A stretch of DNA of 59,352 nt from a virus (IMGVR_UViG_3300037041_001560:1-59352), one strand, 5' to 3'; numbered from the stretch's first letter, positions 1-9,488 are shown. The notes: generated by a model from the letters alone, not told the origin. Program-made: numbers and translations.

Positions 1-214
1 CGTATGAGCCTGCGATATTAAATTCGAAAAACTCAACAGCCTCAGGCTCTGTCATTTCGTTTCTTAAATTTTTAATTATTGCTGTAACTGAATAAATTAA
101 TCTCATTGATTGTAAATCAACACCAATTACTGCGCTATCATGACCATCTATCTTAATGAACTCATCACCATCAAATGCATCTAGAATATAGTCTAGTACT
201 AGTTTGTTTTTCAT
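1..214 (-). CDS. conserved phage hypothetical protein, 3' end truncated by window edge
   Basis: Manual translation from ATG at 214: MKNKLVLDYILDAFDGDEFIKIDGHDSAVIGVD...EMTEPEAVEFFEFNIAGSY; open to base 1; not in ORF track. Confidence 0.7.
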   Translation of the reverse strand, partial: MKNKLVLDYILDAFDGDEFIKIDGHDSAVIGVDLQSMRLIYSVTAIIKNLRNEMTEPEAVEFFEFNIAGSY

Positions 215-234
215 GTTTTAGGTTTCAGTCAAAA

Positions 235-2082
235 TTAAAAGTTTATATCTGTTTCAGGAAATTCTTTCCATATTTCTTGTGGAGTATAATCGGTTTTTTC
301 TTGCATTTGCGTTTTTTTAGCAAATACTGGGTCACAAGGCATTTCGCTGTTACTATTAATATATCTCTTCTTAGCCCAGTTTAGTGTTAAGGGGAAGTGC
401 CCAAGCTTCCCGCCAGTTCTCTTTCTCTTAAGCTTCTGAACATAAACCTCAACATCTGGGCTATTCTTGTCTTCATGAAACCTTGGCCTATAATAGGCTA
501 AAATTTGGTCAGACTTATTGGCCCACATACTACCGCCATGCAAATCATAACTATCTGGTACGGGAAGTGAACGGTCTTGATTATATGTTGGATTTTTAGG
601 GTGAGCTATTATACAGTAAACTATATTATTCAATAAAGCGAATCTTTTGATATCTTTGAGTATTGCACTAAGATACTGGTCATCCCTTTCATATGCTTTT
701 TGAGTCCTATCTAATTGATTGAAAGGGTCAATCATAACTCCATCAATTCCCTTTTTCAAAATCAGATATCTAAATTTCTCATGGATAGAATTTATGTCAT
801 GCTCGCTTTCTGGATAAACATAATAAATATGCTCAGAAATAAAATTACACGCTGCTGTATATTCATCTACTGTCATATCCTTTAACCACTTCCCGGCATA
901 CATCTCAACGATATCATCATAAAAGTCATTTGGAGGATAATTCTCAGGAGAAAATATCGCCCACTTCCAACCATCCCAGATGGATTTAGTAATCATTAAT
1001 TGAAGCATGAAAAATGATTTGCCATGATTACCATACCCAGTACACAAAGTAATATCTCCCTTTTTCCATCTGAAGAAATCATCCATTTCACCAAACCTTG
1101 TTGTTGGTGCAAGTTGAACTCCTTCTTTAAAAGATTCTAACATGTCAGGGAATATGCTTTCCAAGTAATAAACACCATCTACAGGAATCAAATTAGATTC
1201 AAGTAATATTTTTATTACCTCATCCTTGCCGTATTTAAGCAATACTTCATTTAAGTCTTTACAATCATTTGGATATTCAACTACTCGACACTTCTCAACT
1301 CCAAGTCTTCTAACTAATTCATCTTTCAATTTTCTACCAGCATCATCTGAATCAGTTGCAATGATAAATTCATCTATAGAAGACAACCATTCGCTACAAT
1401 TATCAAGATATTCTAATTGCTGGTTTCCTTTACTTGCACCATTGGGAACTGATAATACAGCCCACCTTCCAAGTTCGTGTTCTACTACTTCCCCATCATC
1501 ATTTGGCTCTGGCTCATAGTCGTTCCCAAAACCACATTCATATGCAACTAACATATCCCACTCGCCTTCAGTTATAATAGCACAATGTCTTCCCTCAATA
1601 GTTTGCATGCCAAAGAATATCAATTCAGCATCTTTAATCAATCTGAAGTTTTTAGCTCCATCTCTATACTTTGCATTTACAATTTGGGAATCTCTGATAT
1701 ATGGGAAAACAATACAACGCTCTTTTTTCTGTGTCGCTGGCATCCATTCTTCCTTTCCATGTATGAAGAATTTTTTTAATGTTTCATGTGAAACACCACG
1801 GCTTTCAGAGTATGAAACAATACGCTCATTCAACTGAATATTTTCGAGCATTGATTTATCCGGCCTTGAATATTTTTTTGACGATTCCCGGCGCTCAAAA
1901 GATTTAACATTCCCACGCCAACCACAATGATGGCAGTTATAAGTTCCCTCAGTTATATTCACTGACAAACAAGGGTCTTTTTTATTTCTGCGGGAATCTG
2001 AGCACTTTGGGCACACTGTTTTTTCCTGTCCACTTCTTCTTCGGATTTTGATATCAAGTTTCGTAAGCTGGTTGTAATACAT
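235..2082 (-). CDS. bifunctional DNA primase-helicase (T7 gp4/Twinkle-like)
   Basis: N-terminal CPKC...CHHC zinc finger, TOPRIM motifs ITEGEWD and DSDDAG, Walker A GYGNHGKS, IDPFN and IIAHP SF4 helicase motifs. Confidence 0.93.
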   Translation of the reverse strand: MYYNQLTKLDIKIRRRSGQEKTVCPKCSDSRRNKKDPCLSVNITEGTYNCHHCGWRGNVKSFERRESSKKYSRPDKSMLENIQLNERIVSYSESRGVSHETLKKFFIHGKEEWMPATQKKERCIVFPYIRDSQIVNAKYRDGAKNFRLIKDAELIFFGMQTIEGRHCAIITEGEWDMLVAYECGFGNDYEPEPNDDGEVVEHELGRWAVLSVPNGASKGNQQLEYLDNCSEWLSSIDEFIIATDSDDAGRKLKDELVRRLGVEKCRVVEYPNDCKDLNEVLLKYGKDEVIKILLESNLIPVDGVYYLESIFPDMLESFKEGVQLAPTTRFGEMDDFFRWKKGDITLCTGYGNHGKSFFMLQLMITKSIWDGWKWAIFSPENYPPNDFYDDIVEMYAGKWLKDMTVDEYTAACNFISEHIYYVYPESEHDINSIHEKFRYLILKKGIDGVMIDPFNQLDRTQKAYERDDQYLSAILKDIKRFALLNNIVYCIIAHPKNPTYNQDRSLPVPDSYDLHGGSMWANKSDQILAYYRPRFHEDKNSPDVEVYVQKLKRKRTGGKLGHFPLTLNWAKKRYINSNSEMPCDPVFAKKTQMQEKTDYTPQEIWKEFPETDINF

Positions 2083-2171
2083 TTCAAATTATTTTTGGTC
2101 AATTGATTTTAAGGCGATTCTAGCCCCTGTTTTTTTTGAGTAAGGTGTTGATACCTTTTTGCATTTTGAAT

Positions 2172-2210
2172 CGAAATTTGGGCCGTTTCCGTGCGTCTGG
2201 TGCGATTCTA
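2172..2210. repeat. 39 bp dispersed repeat, copy 1 (copy 2 at 56713-56751)
   Basis: cgaaatttgggccgtttccgtgcgtctggtgcgattcta vs cgaaatttggggtgtttccgtgcgtctgagagcattcta, 32/39 identical. Confidence 0.85.
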
Positions 2211-2900
2211 GGTTCCTGCATCAACCTCGGAAAGCGGCTTGAGCAGCTCCGGCACGGCTTCGATGTGGTAAGGCCGAATTTCCTTTTTTGCCCATAGTGC
2301 GAATTCTTCTTCGGTCATAGGCTGGCACGTTTCATCGTCGAAAACCACAACTTTCAACTTAGGCAAAACATACATCCCAACTTTTTTTGGTTTGGGAACT
2401 CGTGGTGAAATCCTTTTTTCTTCTTTTTCTTTTTTATTTATTTTTTCTTTTTGTTCTTTTTTAGAAAAGTCCTTAGTGACTAAGTTACTTTCTTTTATTT
2501 CATTTATTTCTTTTCTTTTATTTATAGCATTGCTGTCGCATTCCGAACGCATTGCGTTCGCATTACCCCATCTATAACTAGCTGATTCTCTAGCCTTTAA
2601 AGATTTAGAATTTACCTCATCTAACCTTCTTTGCACTGACTTGGACCCGAAAAAATTTTCCGAAACTTCAAACAAATTGAAGTCCTCAACAACACTCTTA
2701 ACAACGTCGCATTGCGCCCGCAAATCGAACGCAATGCCTTCGTAGTCCGTTCGCAATGCGTTCGCATTATGATACAAATCCTCCACAATTGACCAGTAAA
2801 TTCCGTAGCCAATCATGCCGTGTTTTCTAATCAAAACTTTGATTTTTTCGTCATTTCTGGCGTTATAATCGTGACTGAAGTAAAAGGTTAATTTAGGCAT
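2208..2900 (-). CDS. replication initiator / replisome organizer (DUF4373, Lin1244/Lin1753-like)
   Basis: YFSHDYNARNDEKIKVLIRKHGMIGYGIYWSIVEDLY N-terminus, upstream of helicase; ATG at 2900 preferred over track start 2945. Confidence 0.8.
   Translation of the reverse strand: MPKLTFYFSHDYNARNDEKIKVLIRKHGMIGYGIYWSIVEDLYHNANALRTDYEGIAFDLRAQCDVVKSVVEDFNLFEVSENFFGSKSVQRRLDEVNSKSLKARESASYRWGNANAMRSECDSNAINKRKEINEIKESNLVTKDFSKKEQKEKINKKEKEEKRISPRVPKPKKVGMYVLPKLKVVVFDDETCQPMTEEEFALWAKKEIRPYHIEAVPELLKPLSEVDAGT
2413..2770. other. putative replication origin inside initiator gene
   Basis: Clustered CGCATT/CGCAAT repeats (cgcattgcgttcgcatt, cgcaatgcgttcgcatt) next to a T-rich tract at 2413-2525. Confidence 0.55.
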
Positions 2901-3079
2901 AGGAAAAGGTGGCTTGCCCATGCTGTTGCTAAAAGTTATAACCACCCCAAACGAGCGACTTTAACGCAGCACAGGACAAGCCTAATTTTTTCAGTAAAAT
3001 GATAATGGAATCAATGTTATAACTTTTAGCGGCTCCAAAGATATGTGCTAAAATGTTTTATTTAAAAATATTTTTTTTA

Positions 3080-3517
3080 TCAATAGTAAGTGTATCTTTT
3101 TTCTAAAATATCTTCTACGTTGTCTTCTTCTTTAGCCACAGAAAAATAATACATATTTGTTTTATTGTACACCGCATTCATCATGTATACTATTCCAGAT
3201 GAATCAGTACATGTATACCAAGCATCAATTACTACATTCTTAACTGATGAGTGAAAATATTCATCAGTTTCTATTTCGTTTATTTTGTATGTCTTGCCAT
3301 TAAAGATTATTTCCTTTTCTTTGATGATAATTAAATTTCTCTCATCAGATGAGTCTTTTGGAATAAAATCTTTTTTTACTTTATCATAAGATGCCGTTAT
3401 GCATTTACCGAACAAAGCCACTTTGTAGTCTCTTAAATACAAATCATTAATTACTTGTGCATTAATTGAGATGTGGATGATGATGATTCCAATTAGTGTT
3501 GCGATTGTTTTTTTCAT
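3080..3517 (-). CDS. putative exported protein
   Basis: MKKTIATLIGIIIIHISINAQ resembles a Sec signal peptide; AT-rich. Confidence 0.6.
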   Translation of the reverse strand: MKKTIATLIGIIIIHISINAQVINDLYLRDYKVALFGKCITASYDKVKKDFIPKDSSDERNLIIIKEKEIIFNGKTYKINEIETDEYFHSSVKNVVIDAWYTCTDSSGIVYMMNAVYNKTNMYYFSVAKEEDNVEDILEKRYTYY

Positions 3518-3532
3518 TGTTTTTGTTTTTGA

Positions 3533-3754
3533 TTAATAAAGATATTCAATAGATTTTTCTTGGTGTGTTAAAGCATAGTTAATGTCTATTTTTCTAACAT
3601 CCCATTCATTTTTATCTGGCGTTTTTTCATATTTAGATAGTTGTTTTTTTGATAGTATTCTAAGCATAAATACTTCGTAGCTTACAGTTCCTAATTTTTC
3701 ATCATTATGATATATAGATATATTTTCAACCCCTTGCTTTATTTCAATTTTCAT
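3533..3754 (-). CDS. hypothetical protein
   Basis: ORF; ATG at 3754 overlaps end of upstream gene. Confidence 0.55.
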   Translation of the reverse strand: MKIEIKQGVENISIYHNDEKLGTVSYEVFMLRILSKKQLSKYEKTPDKNEWDVRKIDINYALTHQEKSIEYLY

Positions 3755-4250
3755 AGTTAAAATTTTTAAATGGGTCATTGTCATCTAATATTTTCTGAAA
3801 AAAATCTGGAATTCTAGATGTTTCTTTTATGTCTGGTGAAATCATTATAAATCTATCTGTAGCCTCTTTAAATATTGGCATTTTTCTAGCTGCATCCCAA
3901 TTGCTATCATAAGTGCCATGACAATTGCACCACTTCCCTAAAATCATATAGTTGAGACGATGTGTGGATACTGATGGGAATATAGATTTGGGCAAGACAT
4001 GCGCTATACAAGCGTGCCAATCTTGCTTATTATAATGTGCCAGAGATTCCCCGCAATTCCAGCATTGCTTGTCTTCCCGGGCCATTATTCCTTCATACCA
4101 TTTTTGTAATTCGGAGGGAAGTCCGGCCTCTTTAAATTCTAGTTCTTGGGCAATCTTCTTTGCCGACTTTTTAGGAATACGGTAAGCCTTTTTAGGCTTT
4201 TCCTGTTTCCCATTTAGTTTCTGATTAAATCGTTGTTCTAGGTAACTCAT
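3744..4250 (-). CDS. Zn-binding HNH/NinG-like nuclease-fold protein
   Basis: CWNC...AHVLPKS..PSV...CNCHGTYD pattern. Confidence 0.65.
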   Translation of the reverse strand: MSYLEQRFNQKLNGKQEKPKKAYRIPKKSAKKIAQELEFKEAGLPSELQKWYEGIMAREDKQCWNCGESLAHYNKQDWHACIAHVLPKSIFPSVSTHRLNYMILGKWCNCHGTYDSNWDAARKMPIFKEATDRFIMISPDIKETSRIPDFFQKILDDNDPFKNFNYEN

Positions 4251-4254
4251 ATTG

Positions 4255-4299
4255 CAAACATAAAGTATCTAAACAAACAAACCAAATTTTATTTGTTAA
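4255..4299 (-). promoter_or_regulatory. Bacteroidota-type promoter, copy of repeated early promoter
   Basis: Minus strand TTAACAAATAAAATTTGG..TTGTTTAG..TATGTTTG; matches copies near 54.0, 55.8 and 56.5 kb. Confidence 0.7.
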
Positions 4300-4371
4300 A
4301 AAAATATTTTTTTTATTTTCATTTTGTCCAATTATATTTGCATTCGCATAGCAAATAGAGTTGGTTTACAC

Positions 4372-4403
4372 CCGCCTGTATCTTTATACTGGGCGGATTT
4401 TTT
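4372..4403 (+). terminator. hairpin plus T tract upstream of HTH gene; possible short RNA from promoter TATATTTG at 4333
   Basis: ccgcctgta-tcttta-tactgggcgg followed by atttttt. Confidence 0.55.
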
Positions 4404-4420
4404 AAAAAAAAATTATTAAA

Positions 4421-4645
4421 ATGAGTACAGAATCTATCATTAAAATTGATGTAACGCCTACTGAGCAAGAAAAATCATGGGTGAAATCTTTGGCTTCCGG
4501 TGAAAAGGCTAGCAAAATCGCTGAACAATTCGGCATGAATAGAAACACATTTGCCTACCACTTGCGTTTCCTTCGGGCCAAATTTCAATGCAAAAACACA
4601 AATCAATTGATTTCTTATTTTTTGCGCAATAATTTGATTGATTAA
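4421..4645 (+). CDS. LuxR/GerE-type HTH transcriptional regulator
   Basis: TPTEQE...LASGEKASKIAEQFGMNRNTFAYHLRFLRAKFQCKNTNQLI. Confidence 0.8.
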   Translation: MSTESIIKIDVTPTEQEKSWVKSLASGEKASKIAEQFGMNRNTFAYHLRFLRAKFQCKNTNQLISYFLRNNLID

Positions 4646-4676
4646 ATAGGCCCCATCAAAACCTAAAAAAAGTAAG

Positions 4677-4883
4677 ATGAAAATTAGATTAGAAAAACTG
4701 CAAAAAGAATTGTCTCGCGGCACTTCTAAAGAACAATTTGATGCTCTTAATGAGTTAAAGGGATTTGTATTGAAATCTCTTTTGGAGGAGCAGTCTAAGC
4801 TTCAGGGGACTGTATCTGGTATTCAAAACCTTATCAACGAGGTTGGCGGAAATCTTAATGCCACTTCCCCTTCAGAAAATTAA
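4677..4883 (+). CDS. hypothetical coiled-coil protein
   Basis: 68 aa ORF following HTH gene. Confidence 0.5.
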   Translation: MKIRLEKLQKELSRGTSKEQFDALNELKGFVLKSLLEEQSKLQGTVSGIQNLINEVGGNLNATSPSEN

Positions 4884-5122
4884 GCATTTGCGTTTGTTAT
4901 AAGCGTAGATGCCGTTTCTGAAGAATAATATATTGGGAAAGGCTGTTGTGCTGTTATTATTTCAATTGAAGAAATACAATCAACTCCTTGAAAAGGTATA
5001 GCTGGAGATATTGGTTTAATAATAATTTGGGCTGTGGGGAATCCGACTTGAATACCAGCGTTGGTAGTATAGTTTGGGTTGTTCTGATACCCATAAATAG
5101 ATGCAGTAAGTATTGTAGCCAT
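4880..5122 (-). CDS. small putative virion protein, stand-alone copy of ~80 aa repeat domain
   Basis: Similar to N-terminal repeats of 23027 and 24734 proteins (ASIY...FPT..I...YSSETASTLITNAN). Confidence 0.65.
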   Translation of the reverse strand: MATILTASIYGYQNNPNYTTNAGIQVGFPTAQIIIKPISPAIPFQGVDCISSIEIITAQQPFPIYYSSETASTLITNANA

Positions 5123-5133
5123 TTCACAAAAAT

Positions 5134-5161
5134 AAAAAAATCCGAGCGAACTCGGATTTTT
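5134..5161. terminator. intrinsic terminator
   Basis: aaaaaaatccgag-cgaa-ctcggattttt hairpin with A/T flanks. Confidence 0.75.
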
Positions 5162-5188
5162 AATTCATTCGCCAAAATAGCGCCTAAA

Positions 5189-5446
5189 TTAGGCGTTAGC
5201 GGCGGCGAGGATTGTTGCAACAGGAGTTGGGGTAAAGAACTTAGTCGATACCTGATTCAAACCTGTAGGAAGCAACTCAACTACGGCTGTGCAGGTTACG
5301 TTAGCCTGACCACGAACTTCGGTGGTTGGATAAACGTGAATTCCTTGAACAGGGAACAGATTTTGCTGTCCTCCAGCGGCTTTAATTTCGGTTTGTCCGC
5401 CGGGTCCGTCGATTCCGTAAACAAAAACACTAACTACTTGTGCCAT
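5189..5446 (-). CDS. small putative virion/decoration protein, stand-alone copy of ~80 aa repeat domain
   Basis: MAQVVSVFVYGIDG...FPVQGI...FFTPTPVATILAAANA; ATG at 5446. Confidence 0.7.
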   Translation of the reverse strand: MAQVVSVFVYGIDGPGGQTEIKAAGGQQNLFPVQGIHVYPTTEVRGQANVTCTAVVELLPTGLNQVSTKFFTPTPVATILAAANA

Positions 5447-5509
5447 GTTTAAAAATTTGATTGTGAAGAAAACTCTTCGCAAACGCTTGCGAAATATCAA
5501 TGTAAAATT

Positions 5510-6319
5510 ATGAATATACCATTAAAGTACAAAACGTCGTCTCCTGCTGGTGATTTAATTAGCTTTTTGGCCGGGGTCAAAAAAATGTGGGAAGACACTG
5601 GTCGAAGGGCTATAATATATCAGCGTATAGGCATGCAGGGGATTGGTTATGAGGGAAGTATACATCCATTTCAAAATAGTGAAGGGGAAACGGTTTGTAT
5701 GTCTGAGTATATGTTTGATATGTTAAAGCCACTGATTGAAGAGCAGGAATATGTTGAATCTTTTTTAATTTGGAAAGGGGAAGATTTTGATGTTGATTTT
5801 GATTTGATTAGACTTGAAAGATATACTAATCAGCCTAAGGGTTCATTAAATAGATGGTTTAATTACGTTTTCCCGCAGATGGCCTCAGACCTTTCAAAAC
5901 CTTGGATAGAACTTCCCAAAACATTAAATTTTGCTTTTCCTTGGCAAGGGAAAATTTTAATTAACTTTACTCAACGGTATAGAAATTATCTAATCACATA
6001 TCATTTCCTGAAAAAACATCAAGATGATATAATGTTTTTAGGATTGCCTAAAGAAAAAGACATTTTTTGTAAAACTTGGGATTTGGATATAGAACACTAT
6101 CAACCAGATAATTTTTATCAATTAGCTCAAGCTATTAAAAATTGTAAATTTTTCCTAGGTAATCAAAGTTTTTGTTTTCAGCTAGCAGAATCTTTGAAAA
6201 CCCCTAGAATTTTAGAAACATTCACTATGATGCCTAATGTAATCCCGGTTGGAGAAAAGGCATATGACTTTTATCATCAAGGCGGTTTAGAATATTACTT
6301 TGAAAAATTAAATAAATGA
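5510..6319 (+). CDS. glycosyltransferase, GT9 (heptosyltransferase)-like GT-B fold
   Basis: N-terminal AGDLI, C-terminal LAQAIKNCKFFLGNQSFCFQLAESL. Confidence 0.75.
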   Translation: MNIPLKYKTSSPAGDLISFLAGVKKMWEDTGRRAIIYQRIGMQGIGYEGSIHPFQNSEGETVCMSEYMFDMLKPLIEEQEYVESFLIWKGEDFDVDFDLIRLERYTNQPKGSLNRWFNYVFPQMASDLSKPWIELPKTLNFAFPWQGKILINFTQRYRNYLITYHFLKKHQDDIMFLGLPKEKDIFCKTWDLDIEHYQPDNFYQLAQAIKNCKFFLGNQSFCFQLAESLKTPRILETFTMMPNVIPVGEKAYDFYHQGGLEYYFEKLNK

Positions 6320-6537
6320 TACATCAATTCCCAAGCCCAATACCAGTACATACCCCTCATGGAGAAGGAGAAGCCATTTTACTAATAGATTATGGGATAG
6401 ATATTAATACCGTTTGGCTTGTTAGATTGGAAGGCGGTATTGTTAAGCATTATTTGTCTGATGATATAATCATATATGGCAATCCTATGTATGGTAAATC
6501 ATTTGATGTTAAAATACCAGAAAATTGGAATCAATGA
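6316..6537 (+). CDS. hypothetical protein
   Basis: 73 aa ORF with ATGA overlaps at both ends. Confidence 0.7.
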   Translation: MIHQFPSPIPVHTPHGEGEAILLIDYGIDINTVWLVRLEGGIVKHYLSDDIIIYGNPMYGKSFDVKIPENWNQ

Positions 6538-7973
6538 AATTACAGTTAAATAATATAACACTTATAGCTGTAGATTGTTACAGCTATAAAGGAGCGGTTG
6601 ATGCTCTAAAAAAGAGCTCAGAACACTGTGATTTTGCTTCAGTAAAACTATTGACAGATATTGATATAAAGGTAAAGGGAATAGATGTTGTAAAAATTGA
6701 ATCTATAAAATCAAAAGAACAGTATTCAGAATTTATTGTAAAAAAATTAAATTCCTTTTTTGATACAGAATATGTTCTTGTTTGTCAGCATGATGGGTAT
6801 GTTTTAGATGGGAAATGCTGGGATGATGAATTTTTAAAATATGACTACATAGGTGCGCCTTGGCTATATATTGACGGTAAAAATGTTGGTAATGGTGGTT
6901 TTTCCCTTCGTTCAAAAAAACTCCAAAATGCATTAGCTGAAGATGATTTTATAGCGGCAACTGACCCAGAAGACCAAGCTATAGGAAGGCTATATCGTGA
7001 TTATTTAATTAAAAAGTATGATATCAAATTTGCCCCAGAAGAAGTTGCAGATAAATTTTCTTTTGAATTAAGGCAGCCAGCGCAACCCACATTTGGTTTT
7101 CATGGGAAATTCCATGAGCCATATAAGCCAGTTGTAGTTATAAAGAGAATGGGTGCAATGGGTGATGTAGTAAGACTCGAACCAGTTATGAGATATTTTC
7201 ATGATACTGGGCACATGGTCGTATTACACACAACAAACAATTTTTATAATCTTTTTATAAATCATCATTATAAGATACATAATATTCATTTAGTTGATGG
7301 AAGATTGTTGAAGAATGCAAAACATTACGACTTAGATATGTCGTATGAAAATAACCCACAAGTTCCCCATCTAATATCATATTTCGAGGCTTGCGGCGTT
7401 TGTGAAGATGATTACAAGAAATACCTGACTAAGCAAAAATTGTCATTAGGATTTCAGGTTAATCAGTATACGAAATTATTTAATAAATATGTCGTACTTC
7501 ACATTGATGACAGACCTCAGGCAAGCAGAAATATTTATGGAGTTGATTGGGAAATGGTCGCTTACGAATTAAAGCGTAATGGTTATGATGTAATACAGGT
7601 TGGATTTCAAAATAAAGAAATAATAGGTACTATGCACATGAAGACAATAAATGAAAATTTATTGTCTTATCTAGTTGCTGGTGCAGATATGTTTATAGGT
7701 GTAGATAGCGGTATAAGTCACATAGCAGCTGGGTTCAATGTTCCAAGTATGATATTTTTTGGAAGTGTAAATCCTGATATTATTCATGTTGACCTTGATA
7801 ATATTGTAGTTGTGACTAATCATAGTCAAGAAAACCCTATTTGTGAAAAGCCTTATTGTTGGCATTCAGTAGTTGGTTGTGCAGGAGTTCCATGCTATAT
7901 AAGTGAAAGTAATCCCCCTTGTTCAAATTTTTCAACTAAACAAGTTATTAATTTCATAAAGCTTATGAAATGA
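6534..7973 (+). CDS. DUF5672 (GT-A-like) plus GT9-like glycosyltransferase fusion
   Basis: QHDGYV..YDYIGAPW..VGNGGFSLRSKK..PED N-domain; GAMGDVV and FIGVDSGISHIAAG C-domain. Confidence 0.85.
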   Translation: MKLQLNNITLIAVDCYSYKGAVDALKKSSEHCDFASVKLLTDIDIKVKGIDVVKIESIKSKEQYSEFIVKKLNSFFDTEYVLVCQHDGYVLDGKCWDDEFLKYDYIGAPWLYIDGKNVGNGGFSLRSKKLQNALAEDDFIAATDPEDQAIGRLYRDYLIKKYDIKFAPEEVADKFSFELRQPAQPTFGFHGKFHEPYKPVVVIKRMGAMGDVVRLEPVMRYFHDTGHMVVLHTTNNFYNLFINHHYKIHNIHLVDGRLLKNAKHYDLDMSYENNPQVPHLISYFEACGVCEDDYKKYLTKQKLSLGFQVNQYTKLFNKYVVLHIDDRPQASRNIYGVDWEMVAYELKRNGYDVIQVGFQNKEIIGTMHMKTINENLLSYLVAGADMFIGVDSGISHIAAGFNVPSMIFFGSVNPDIIHVDLDNIVVVTNHSQENPICEKPYCWHSVVGCAGVPCYISESNPPCSNFSTKQVINFIKLMK

Positions 7974-8707
7974 TTTGGGATTGCTTTACATATAATGGGG
8001 AAGAGGACTTACTTAAGATAAGGTGCGAAGAGTTATCTGGTCTTGATGTTACACATATATTAGTAGAAAGCAATTATACATTTACCGGGAAATGGAAGTC
8101 CCTTAGCTATAAAACTAAACTTCCGTATAAGATAGAGCACTTTGTGGCTAATCATTTACCAAATAATGGTAACGCTTGGGAAAATGAAAAGGAACAGCGA
8201 AATCACATATTGTTTGCATTAATTCAGCTCGGAGCTTCTGATAATGATATTGTAATTATATCTGATGCAGATGAAATTATTAGACGTTCTACAATAGAAC
8301 ACTACAATCCTATTAGTTCCCTTACAGCTCTTAAAATGGATACTTATAGGTATTATTTTAATTGTCTTGAAGGGAAGCAGAACTGGGATATGGCTAGGGT
8401 AATGAATTTTTCTTACCTAAAAGATAAGACACCTGACGACGTAAGAAATAGCGGATTTGAGAGGGTTATTCATGATGCTGGGTGGCATTTCAGTTATATG
8501 GGTGGTTATGATAAAATAATTGAGAAAATAGAGTCTTTTTCTCATACTGAATTAAATACAGAAGAATTTAAGTCAAAGATTAGATATAAGCAAGAAAGTT
8601 GCCAATCTTTGTTTGGCGATGACTTTTGGCAACTTGTTCAAGTTGACAACTCATTCCCAATTGAAGTATTGAAAAATATCACAGCATATCAAAAACATAT
8701 AAAGTGA
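7970..8707 (+). CDS. glycosyltransferase family 17 (GlcNAc transferase-like)
   Basis: MIWDCFTYNGEEDLL..R, VESNYTFTGK, WENEKEQRN, ISDADEI, GWHFSYMGG..KIESFSHTE. Confidence 0.88.
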   Translation: MIWDCFTYNGEEDLLKIRCEELSGLDVTHILVESNYTFTGKWKSLSYKTKLPYKIEHFVANHLPNNGNAWENEKEQRNHILFALIQLGASDNDIVIISDADEIIRRSTIEHYNPISSLTALKMDTYRYYFNCLEGKQNWDMARVMNFSYLKDKTPDDVRNSGFERVIHDAGWHFSYMGGYDKIIEKIESFSHTELNTEEFKSKIRYKQESCQSLFGDDFWQLVQVDNSFPIEVLKNITAYQKHIK

Positions 8708-9468
8708 AATTAGCTGGTACAACATTTATTAGAAACGGGGAAACTTATGACTATTGTTATATGGAAACAATAGATTGTTTATTGGAGTTTTGTGACCATG
8801 TATTTGTTGTTGATGCGGGAAGTGATGATGGTACTTGCGAAAAAATAGAGTCTATCACTTCCCCGAACCTAACATTAATAAAGCGGCCTAAAGAAGAATG
8901 GTTTGGGCAAAAGGGAACAGGGAAAACAAAACTTTGCTATTTTACTGATATAGCTATTTCTGCGGCCCAAGAGGCTGGATATGAATATAGTTTTTACTTG
9001 CAATGTGATGAGATACTTCATGAGCGTTCATATGATATTGTAAGGGAGGCTATAAAATCAAACACATCTGGTTACCTGTGCAAAAGAGTTAATCTTTGGG
9101 ATGGCCCGTACACTCAGTTAAAAGTTCCCCAAAACAGAATGCCATGCTCGCCTGAAGTAGTAAGGCTGACTAAAACTGAGTACCGTTCGTATGGGGATGC
9201 TGAAAGTATTGCTGTCCCAATACTCGATAAAAGCTGGGTTGAGCAGATATGTATATACCATATGGGTTTTGTTAGGAAGCGGGAAGTGATGAAAGATAAG
9301 GTTATAAATATGCAGGAAAACGTATTTGAACTTGGCCATCACGACCCCAAGCTAGACTTGGATACCGTATTTCAGCCTAAGTTTTGGTTTAGCGAAGATG
9401 AGTTGGAACTTATTGAAGAGCCACTTCCCCAGATTATAAAAAAATGGGCCTCAGAGCGTGTGTATTAA
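8704..9468 (+). CDS. glycosyltransferase family 2-like
   Basis: FIRNG..YDY, VVDAGSDDGT, YLQCDE, IYHMGFVR. Confidence 0.85.
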   Translation: MKLAGTTFIRNGETYDYCYMETIDCLLEFCDHVFVVDAGSDDGTCEKIESITSPNLTLIKRPKEEWFGQKGTGKTKLCYFTDIAISAAQEAGYEYSFYLQCDEILHERSYDIVREAIKSNTSGYLCKRVNLWDGPYTQLKVPQNRMPCSPEVVRLTKTEYRSYGDAESIAVPILDKSWVEQICIYHMGFVRKREVMKDKVINMQENVFELGHHDPKLDLDTVFQPKFWFSEDELELIEEPLPQIIKKWASERVY

Positions 9469-9488
9469 AAAATATATTAATTTTGGGT

